Source: a virus
IMG/VR virus record: IMGVR_UViG_2713897041_000002
Coordinates: 5,992 to 69,991 of that record
DNA: 64,000 bases
Direction: 5' to 3' (one strand)
This document shows positions 57,490 to 64,000 of the stretch, piece after piece. Numbering within the stretch: position 1 is the first letter of the stretch; each line of letters begins with the position of its first letter. Both the position numbers and the translations under genes were made by a program. The notes beneath the pieces were generated by a model. It saw nothing but the letters and a program-made list of their open reading frames with translations. It was not told where the DNA came from and made no database searches.

Positions 57490-59073
57490 ATGAACGACCA
57501 ACAACAGAGCCGCGCTGATGCGCTGACGGACGAGCACATCGCGACGCTGAAACTGGCTGCGCGCGCAGTTACGCCGCAGGACATCGACGGCGCAGAACGA
57601 ATCGAAAGCCGGCCTGATGGCAGCTATATCACATGCCCCGCATGCGAAGGCGAAGGCTGCATTCCGTTCGAATCGGATTACTGCAATTACGACCATGTGG
57701 CGATCGGCGTGCAGTTTTACGGTGTCGGCACGGAACCGGGGGCGGCCGAGGCGTATTTCCGAGCCGCGAAGCCAGCGACGATCCTTGCGCTCCTCGACCG
57801 CCTCGAACGCGCAGAATCGGCCCTCGCCGCACCCCCTGTCGAGCAGCCCGCAGCAGCGCCGGCCGACGACGCGTGTAAGCGCTGCGGATCGACTACCGCG
57901 CAGGCGTGCAACGACGCTGGGTGCTTCTATCTCGAATCGGGTGATGGCGAGCCGTCGGCAGCGCCGGCCGACGAACGGGCGGTGTCGTTCGAGGCGTGGT
58001 GTGATCGCTTTCCGGAAATCAGTGCAGTCGAGCGGTTGCGGGATGCATGGCAAGAAGCACGCGCGGCAGCATCGCCCACTGCGGAGGCGGTGCGCCTGAC
58101 AGACGAACAGCGCCGTGTGCTTGTCGAAGTGGCGCAGATGTTCAAGGGAACCGATCGACGTCGCGCGGTCCTCAATGAGCTGGCAGGTATTGCAGCCGCC
58201 CCTCAACCCGCTCACGCAGAGGCAGCATCGCCCGCTGCGGAGGGTGAGACGGAAGATCACGAATGCGTGTACGAGAACGGCGATGGTGTATGCCGCCAGT
58301 GCGCGGAATTGGCAAAGCATCACCGGGCAGCAGCATCGCCCGCTGCGGAGCGAGTGACCGCCGCCCTCCAAGCGTTGTCAGCCGATGTCCATACTCTAGG
58401 CGACGGTTGGGCGAACGACGAAGCGATGATCGGTCTCGCAAAAAAGTACCTGCGAGTCGAGCCCAAGCCTGCATCGCCGGAACTTTCCCTATGGCGAGAT
58501 TTTGTGCTCCTTGCCGTAACCGACGCCGCCCCGCAACCCGCGCAGGCCGACGCACCGGCCCATGCGGCGGAATGCCCGCATTGCGACGGCGAAGGGGTGA
58601 TCGAGGGCGACAGCGGAACGAGTCCGTGTGCCTGCCAGCGGGATGCGCAGGAAGGTATGCCGACCTTTGGCGCACGAAGGGCGCAGGCCGACGCACCGGC
58701 AGAGGCGCGCGAGCGCGACGATCCTGAACTGATCGCGGCAAGCAACAAGGGCTATGCGGCCGGACTGCGCGATGGAAAAGCGCTTGGCGCTTGCGGTCCG
58801 CTGGCCCCCGCCGATGCGGGAGAGGCGGCAGCGTGGCGCTATCGAACGAGCGGCGATAACTGGTGCTATTGCGATGGAGACCCCGTCCATGTCTGCGACC
58901 GCGATTACGAAAAGCAACCTCTTTACACCGCCCCGCCCGCCGCGAGGGTGGCGAGCCTGACGAACAGCCAGCGCGAGGCAATCGAGTTTGCAGCCAAGAC
59001 AATGGAGGCGCGCATGTTAAATGCCCATGCCTGTGTGCTCCGCGCCCTTCTCAATGGAGCCGACAAATCATGA
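57490..59073 (+). CDS. Hypothetical Cys-rich protein with internal sequence repeats
   Basis: Multiple CxxC pairs (CPACEGEGC, CKRCGS, CRQCAEL, CPHCDGEG, CAC). Repeated AASP(T/A)AE and APQPAQADAPA peptide motifs are encoded by near-identical DNA repeats. Confidence 0.45.
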   Translation: MNDQQQSRADALTDEHIATLKLAARAVTPQDIDGAERIESRPDGSYITCPACEGEGCIPFESDYCNYDHVAIGVQFYGVGTEPGAAEAYFRAAKPATILALLDRLERAESALAAPPVEQPAAAPADDACKRCGSTTAQACNDAGCFYLESGDGEPSAAPADERAVSFEAWCDRFPEISAVERLRDAWQEARAAASPTAEAVRLTDEQRRVLVEVAQMFKGTDRRRAVLNELAGIAAAPQPAHAEAASPAAEGETEDHECVYENGDGVCRQCAELAKHHRAAASPAAERVTAALQALSADVHTLGDGWANDEAMIGLAKKYLRVEPKPASPELSLWRDFVLLAVTDAAPQPAQADAPAHAAECPHCDGEGVIEGDSGTSPCACQRDAQEGMPTFGARRAQADAPAEARERDDPELIAASNKGYAAGLRDGKALGACGPLAPADAGEAAAWRYRTSGDNWCYCDGDPVHVCDRDYEKQPLYTAPPAARVASLTNSQREAIEFAAKTMEARMLNAHACVLRALLNGADKS

Positions 59074-59327
59074 ACTGCAATTGCATAAGCAAGATCGAGA
59101 TCAAACTGGCCAAACGCTACAGCGAAGAACTCGGCGTGGACGCTTCGGCCGACTGCCAATCGGCCGGATTCTCCATGTCTGACAATTCGATACGCGTGAT
59201 CCACAAGACCGAGTTCAAGATCGTCGCGCAGGCGAAAGGATTCACGCGCGGAAAGCTGATTCCGGTCATTTCCAGCTACTGCCCGTTTTGCGGCAAGTCA
59301 ACTGCCGAGGGAGCCAGCCATGGCTAA
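59071..59327 (+). CDS. Hypothetical small protein
   Basis: MNCNCISKIEIKLAKRY... with a C-terminal CPFCG. ATGA-coupled. Confidence 0.35.
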
Positions 59328-59562
59328 GAGGCAACTTGGAATCGCGCGCAGCAGCGTGCGCCTGGAATGGAGAATGCGCACTCATCCGTGGCTTGACATG
59401 AACACGCTCAAGCCGAAGTACAGCGTGCAGGCTTACGAGCCGAGTCTGAAGAAATGGGCGCATGTCTACGACGGCGGAACAAATAAGGCATTTTTCTTCG
59501 AGTCGTCTGAGGATGCCGCCGACTTCATCAAAGAAGTGAGGGAAGTCGACCATGCCGAATAA
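59320..59562 (+). CDS. Hypothetical small protein
   Basis: 80 aa, coupled. Confidence 0.3.
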   Translation: MAKRQLGIARSSVRLEWRMRTHPWLDMNTLKPKYSVQAYEPSLKKWAHVYDGGTNKAFFFESSEDAADFIKEVREVDHAE

Positions 59563-59890
59563 CGACGCGCTGACGGTCGGCGAATGTCAGGTGATCAGCC
59601 GCGCAGCAGACGAGACTCGACATTCCTGCCAGTACAAGCTTGCGGAAGAACTGGAAGCAATTCTCGCCCCCCATCCGAGCCAGCCGGAGCCGCGCTCCGA
59701 GGTGACGGATGACGACAAGCTCTGCGCAGAGCGCTATCGCTGGCTGCGGGAGCGAGCATGGTATGTCGATGCGGCTACGTACGCGCTTGAACTACGTGAG
59801 CGCTGGCGCAGCGGCAATGAGCCGCCGCCAGATGTAGACGAGGTGGAATGCGCCCTCGACGCCGCCCGCACCCAAGGGAGCAAATCGTGA
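59552..59890 (+). CDS. Hypothetical protein
   Basis: 112 aa. Its stop overlaps the next GTG (GTGA). Confidence 0.3.
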   Translation: MPNNDALTVGECQVISRAADETRHSCQYKLAEELEAILAPHPSQPEPRSEVTDDDKLCAERYRWLRERAWYVDAATYALELRERWRSGNEPPPDVDEVECALDAARTQGSKS

Positions 59891-60834
59891 GCGAGAACAG
59901 CAAAATCGAATGGTGCGACCACACATTCAATGCGTGGATCGGCTGCACGAAGATATCTCCCGGCTGCGACCACTGCTATGCCGAGCGCGAGCGCGCCAGC
60001 ACGGCACTTCGCGTGGTTTGGGGCGCTGGCAATCCGCGCCATCGCACGGCCGCGTCCACCTGGAACAATCCGAAGCGATGGAATGCACGTCACGGGGAGT
60101 TCTTCGCGAAGCACGACCGCCGCCAGCGCGTATTCTGCGCGTCGCTCTCCGATGTATTCGACAACGCTGTGCCGCCCGCATGGCGCATGGACTTGTTCAG
60201 GTTGATCGGAGACACGCAGAATCTCGACTGGCTGCTGCTGACGAAACGGATCGGCAACGCTGCGGCAATGCTGTGCGAGATCGGGCTCGATCGCCTGCCG
60301 GATAACGTCTGGCTCGGCGCGACGATCGTCAACCAGGAAGAGGCCGACCGCGACATCCCGAAGCTGCTCGCAGTACCCGCGCGCGTACGCTTCCTGTCGA
60401 TGGAGCCGCTGCTTGGGCCCGTGGATCTGGTGTCGAGCGGGGCTCTCTGGTCGGACATGAATGGGAACATCGTAGACGCACCCTCTCGTGGGCTGCGAGG
60501 TATCGACTGGGTGATCGCTGGCGGCGAAAGCGGCCCCGGCGCGCGGCCTATGCACCCCGACTGGGCCAGGTCGCTGCGGGACCAGTGCGCAGCCGCGAGT
60601 GTCCCGTTCCTGTTCAAGCAATGGGGCGAATGGTGTCCGCGGGGTCCAGAGAGTATGGGCTATCCGCTTGTCGACACCGCGCCACGTCGCCGGATCACCG
60701 ACGTCGGAGAAAGCGGTCAGCGGCTCGGCGCACGCGGCGGCAGCGATTGCTGGATGCAACGCGCAGGCAAGCGCGCCACCGGCCGCCTGCTCGACAGCCG
60801 CACGCATGACGAATTTCCGAGGAGTCAGTCGTGA
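59887..60834 (+). CDS. Phage Gp37/Gp68-family protein (DUF5131)
   Basis: GTG start with an AAGGGAG SD. N-terminal SKIEWCDHTFNAWIGCTKISPGCDHCYAE matches the Gp37Gp68 Cys-cluster motif. Confidence 0.7.
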   Translation: MSENSKIEWCDHTFNAWIGCTKISPGCDHCYAERERASTALRVVWGAGNPRHRTAASTWNNPKRWNARHGEFFAKHDRRQRVFCASLSDVFDNAVPPAWRMDLFRLIGDTQNLDWLLLTKRIGNAAAMLCEIGLDRLPDNVWLGATIVNQEEADRDIPKLLAVPARVRFLSMEPLLGPVDLVSSGALWSDMNGNIVDAPSRGLRGIDWVIAGGESGPGARPMHPDWARSLRDQCAAASVPFLFKQWGEWCPRGPESMGYPLVDTAPRRRITDVGESGQRLGARGGSDCWMQRAGKRATGRLLDSRTHDEFPRSQS

Positions 60835-61067
60835 GCCGCGAGCGAAATATTCGGAACGACGTCGTACGTCGACTTGACGTGGTCGATCACTTGCTTGATG
60901 TGCCCGACGGCCGATCGTGGCTCAAGATCGTAACCGCTCGCGGTCTGCCCGTCCGAGCCCTCCGGATACAGAAAGACGCGCCAACCGACTTCGTAAGCGT
61001 AGTGGCTCGGAAGGCGCTCATTGACCCTCGCGATGAATTCTTCACGCGAAATTACTGGCTTTGCCAT
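60825..61067 (-). CDS. Hypothetical protein
   Basis: 80 aa. Confidence 0.3.
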   Translation of the reverse strand: MAKPVISREEFIARVNERLPSHYAYEVGWRVFLYPEGSDGQTASGYDLEPRSAVGHIKQVIDHVKSTYDVVPNISLAAHD

Positions 61068-61088
61068 GATCGCCTCCTATCGAGTCAG

Positions 61089-61325
61089 TCAAGACGGAGA
61101 GATTCCCCGCTCATATTCCTCGAGGGCGCGCTGCTTCGCCTCGTAGACTGCTCGCGCGTCCTCCAGCCGCACGAAAAGCGCCTCATTAGGTGCGCGGTCC
61201 GTCGGGATTTTCGATGGATGCACAGCAGCCTCCGCTGCGTCCAAGTCTCGCTTCGCCATCTCGGCTTCGTATTGCAGTCGATCTCGTTCATTGCCAGCCC
61301 CCATTTTCGCCTCCTTTCGTTTCAA
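61089..61325 (-). CDS. Hypothetical coiled-coil protein
   Basis: 78 aa, charged and helical. Confidence 0.3.
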   Translation of the reverse strand: MKRKEAKMGAGNERDRLQYEAEMAKRDLDAAEAAVHPSKIPTDRAPNEALFVRLEDARAVYEAKQRALEEYERGISPS

Positions 61326-61453
61326 GGAATCCCATCATGAGTGAATTCCCGATCCTCTTTGCCGACCCGATGGTGTGCGCCATCCTCGACGCCCGCAAAT
61401 CGCAGATGCGATGCTCTATCGGTGCAGAAGAGTAGTCACCTCGATCGTTGATT

Positions 61454-61723
61454 TTAGAGACCCGTGTCGTCTCGAGACGCCTTGTATCTGGCGTAAGCCT
61501 TTGCGGCTTCCATTGCTTCGTGGTGGGTCGCAAATTTCTCAAAGATCTTGTGCGTCATACCTACGATATGCGTCTTCTTCGCCGTATGGTCGCTCTTGCG
61601 CTCGAAACGCACGAGTGCGCGCCAAACACCCGAGGCCTCTTCGTGTGCTTCGCAAAAACACAGATAACCGTTTTCGTCGACAACCATATGTTCCGACATA
61701 TCAGCGTCCGTATTGAACTGCAC
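61454..61723 (-). CDS. Hypothetical protein
   Basis: 89 aa. Confidence 0.3.
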   Translation of the reverse strand: MQFNTDADMSEHMVVDENGYLCFCEAHEEASGVWRALVRFERKSDHTAKKTHIVGMTHKIFEKFATHHEAMEAAKAYARYKASRDDTGL

Positions 61724-62265
61724 TACGCACTGATCACCCCGTCTACCCGGCGCCGAGCCTCATCTCGCCGGTATTCGATCGCCAGATCAGGCGTGAGTCA
61801 CACCGGCTGGCAGCATGCGGATCGGCGCCTCGCGAAACAGCACGTCGCCATCGCGTGCGCGGACGATCGACATGCTCACGAGCACGCGCGGGCCAAGTGC
61901 ATCGCTCTCCCGCTCGGTTGCCTCTATCTCAACGTCGTACCCGCGGTATGTGAATTGATCGAGCATAGCCCAGTTCAACCGTATCGCGCGAGCCATTCAA
62001 CGGCGAACGATCGCGCCCGCTCGACGGCAGCCTCTTCCGTTTCATATGTACCGAGCGTCTTGAATGATGCTTCCGGGTGGTAGCCGATGTAGGTGAATGT
62101 CACCTGTGAGGCGAACTGGCCGTCTTCGGTCGCGCGCGGCGTGCAGTCGACGTGGTAGCCGCGCATCGTAAACAAATGCTTCATTTGGATCAGATAATGA
62201 AACTAACCGAGGCAATCGTAGCACTCCCGGGTTTCATGAATCTGACGGCGCGACGCGCGCGGGCG

Positions 62266-62502
62266 TCAGTGCTGGATTGAATTCACCACAAGCCATACGC
62301 GGGATGCTGTCTCGCCCGTCAAAACACGAGCAAACGCAGCACCGCACGTCGAGCACTCGTAGTGCTCTTCTCGACATTCGCCTTGGAACACGCCTGCACC
62401 GACCATCACGAGATGCTTCGGCTTTATGGTCGACGGTTGCCCGTGCAGTTCGGTGCACTCGGCGCACGCCTTAATCGTCTCGAACGCCACAGCCATCCCC
62501 AT
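62266..62502 (-). CDS. Hypothetical Cys-rich (zinc-finger-like) protein
   Basis: CAEC...C...CSTCG Cys pairs. 78 aa. Confidence 0.3.
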   Translation of the reverse strand: MGMAVAFETIKACAECTELHGQPSTIKPKHLVMVGAGVFQGECREEHYECSTCGAAFARVLTGETASRVWLVVNSIQH

Positions 62503-62645
62503 AAGTTTTGAAATCGAAATTCAGGAAATCCTAGCATGAGCAACAGCAGAAAAATGGACCGATTTGGCCCGAAACGGCAGTGCGTCAAAAGGCCGTCGAG
62601 CGCTCACCGGTTCGATGACCGCACACAGATCAGATTTAGGGAGAC

Positions 62646-62945
62646 GTGGCAATGATCGCCGCCTTCGCATCCCGGTACGTCACGGTACTCAAGTTCTGTG
62701 AAATGACCGGCTATACGGAAGACGCAGTGAAATCCAAACGCCGTGACGGTGTGTGGCTAGAAGGTCAACTGTGGGTGAAGGCGCCGGACGGGCGCATTTT
62801 AATTGATATTGAGGGGTATGAAAGATGGGTAGAAACGGCACGGGTGTCCGCGCCATTAGTGGCAGTTCGATCGAAGTCACCTTCACCTATAAGGGCGTCC
62901 GTTGTCGCGAGCGCATCCGCCTCGAGCCCACTCCCGCTAACCTAA
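62646..62945 (+). CDS. xis: Excisionase-like DNA-binding protein
   Basis: VTVLKFCEMTGYTEDAVKSKRRDGVWLEGQLWVKAPDGRILIDIEGYERW is a lambda Xis-like winged helix. Immediately upstream of and overlapping int. Confidence 0.5.
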   Translation: MAMIAAFASRYVTVLKFCEMTGYTEDAVKSKRRDGVWLEGQLWVKAPDGRILIDIEGYERWVETARVSAPLVAVRSKSPSPIRASVVASASASSPLPLT

Positions 62946-64000
62946 AAGCAGCCGCCAATTTTCTCGGCGCGGTTCGCACCGCGATCGCAAACGGAACGTT
63001 CGACTACCGAGTTTCCTTCCCGGAGTCGAAACGGATAGCTCGGTTCGTCGAACGGCAAGGCGATGCTCTGCTGGTGGAGTCGTTCCTCGACACGTGGCTC
63101 GACCGGCAGGAGAATGTTCTCGCCGCCAGCACGATCGAGGGTTACAGGAAAATCATCAAAGGGACACTGAAACCAGCATTCGGCCACCTCACGATGTCCG
63201 ATGTACGTCGTTCCCACGTGCGCGAATGGGCAGCGAAGCAGAAATTCGGCAATAAGCGCATGACCAACGTGCTATCGGTCTTCCGGGCGGCACTCGCTGA
63301 AGCCTTGCAGGATGAGATCGTCGAGACAAACGTTTTGTATGGGTGGACTTACCAGCGAAACGAAGCACCAGGCCGAGACGACGATGTCGATCCATTCACC
63401 GCGGAGGAGCAGGCCGCGATTCTCGGCGCGATGGCCGGACAAGAAAGGAATCTGTTTCAGTTTGCGTTCTGGACTGGCCTGCGAACGTCCGAGCTGATCG
63501 CCCTCCAGTGGGGCGACATCGACTGGAAGCGTGGAATCGTTCGCGTACAACGTGCCCGGACGCGAGCTGCTCGCGTCGCGAAGAAGGTCGAGGACACGAA
63601 GACGCGCGGCAGTCGGCGCAATGTGAAGCTGCTCGAACCAGCCCTCGCAGCCCTCGACGACCAGAAGCGATTCACTCTGCTTATCGGCGGCTCGATCTTC
63701 CTAAACCCCCGGACCGGCGAGGCGTGGAGCGGCGACAACGTGATCTGGCTTGCGTGGAACCGCGCCATCGAAAAATCCGCGGTGCGCTATCGTCGACCGT
63801 ATCAGACTCGGCACACCTACGCGAGTATGATGCTGTCGGCCGGCGAACCGCCGATGTGGGTTGCTAGCCAGATGGGCCATATCAGCCTGAAGATGATCGA
63901 GCAACGATACGGACGCTGGATCAAAGACGCGGCGCCCGATGCCGGAAGACGAGCTGAAGCCTTATTCGGCGGCGCTGTCGCGGGCGTTCAGGGCGACTGA
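62825..64000 (+). CDS. int: Tyrosine integrase (lambda-type, with N-terminal arm-binding domain)
   Basis: N-terminal MGRNGTGVRAISGSSIEVTFTYKGVRCRERI (arm-type binding domain), a core-binding SAM-like domain, and the catalytic domain with R (GLRTSELIAL), RHTYASMML (H-x-x-R region) and the Tyr in LKMIEQRYGRWI. It ends with a stop at 63998-64000. Confidence 0.85.
   Translation: MGRNGTGVRAISGSSIEVTFTYKGVRCRERIRLEPTPANLKAAANFLGAVRTAIANGTFDYRVSFPESKRIARFVERQGDALLVESFLDTWLDRQENVLAASTIEGYRKIIKGTLKPAFGHLTMSDVRRSHVREWAAKQKFGNKRMTNVLSVFRAALAEALQDEIVETNVLYGWTYQRNEAPGRDDDVDPFTAEEQAAILGAMAGQERNLFQFAFWTGLRTSELIALQWGDIDWKRGIVRVQRARTRAARVAKKVEDTKTRGSRRNVKLLEPALAALDDQKRFTLLIGGSIFLNPRTGEAWSGDNVIWLAWNRAIEKSAVRYRRPYQTRHTYASMMLSAGEPPMWVASQMGHISLKMIEQRYGRWIKDAAPDAGRRAEALFGGAVAGVQGD

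Overview
High-GC (Burkholderia-like) window that is almost entirely horizontally acquired DNA. Positions 1-6300 look like a decayed integrative element: a large partial ORF, a serine recombinase, an IS3-family transposase fragment fused in-frame to a truncated tyrosine integrase, and a tRNA-Ser-like 3' fragment at 6302-6330 that reads as an att repeat. Positions ~6330-64000 are a lambda-like siphovirus prophage. The right end carries int/xis, an early operon, a CI/Cro-like switch with repeated GTTTAT operators, and a CII-like gene. Next come a lambda-O-like replication gene with intragenic iterons and a DNA-modification cluster (ParB-like, PAPS-reductase-like, N4/N6 MTase, split C5 MTase). These are followed by Nin-like genes, two toxin-antitoxin modules (HigBA-like; BrnA with a frameshifted BrnT), HNH-TerS-TerL with a candidate cos, an HK97-type head module and a lambda-type tail (V, G/GT with an AAAAAAG -1 slippery site, H, M, extra S74 tail fibre, L, K, I, J). 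After J sits a lysis cassette (holin, SAR endolysin, Rz/Rz1). At the left prophage end are morons: a PAAR, PD-(D/E)xK nuclease and immunity-like T6SS effector module preceded by a CTGT-N8-ACAG palindrome, an SOS-box-associated SRAP gene, a low-GC orphan gene and a SEC-C ORF. An MFS/LysR moron sits beside the repressor. Many long arginine-rich antisense ORFs in the track are GC artefacts.
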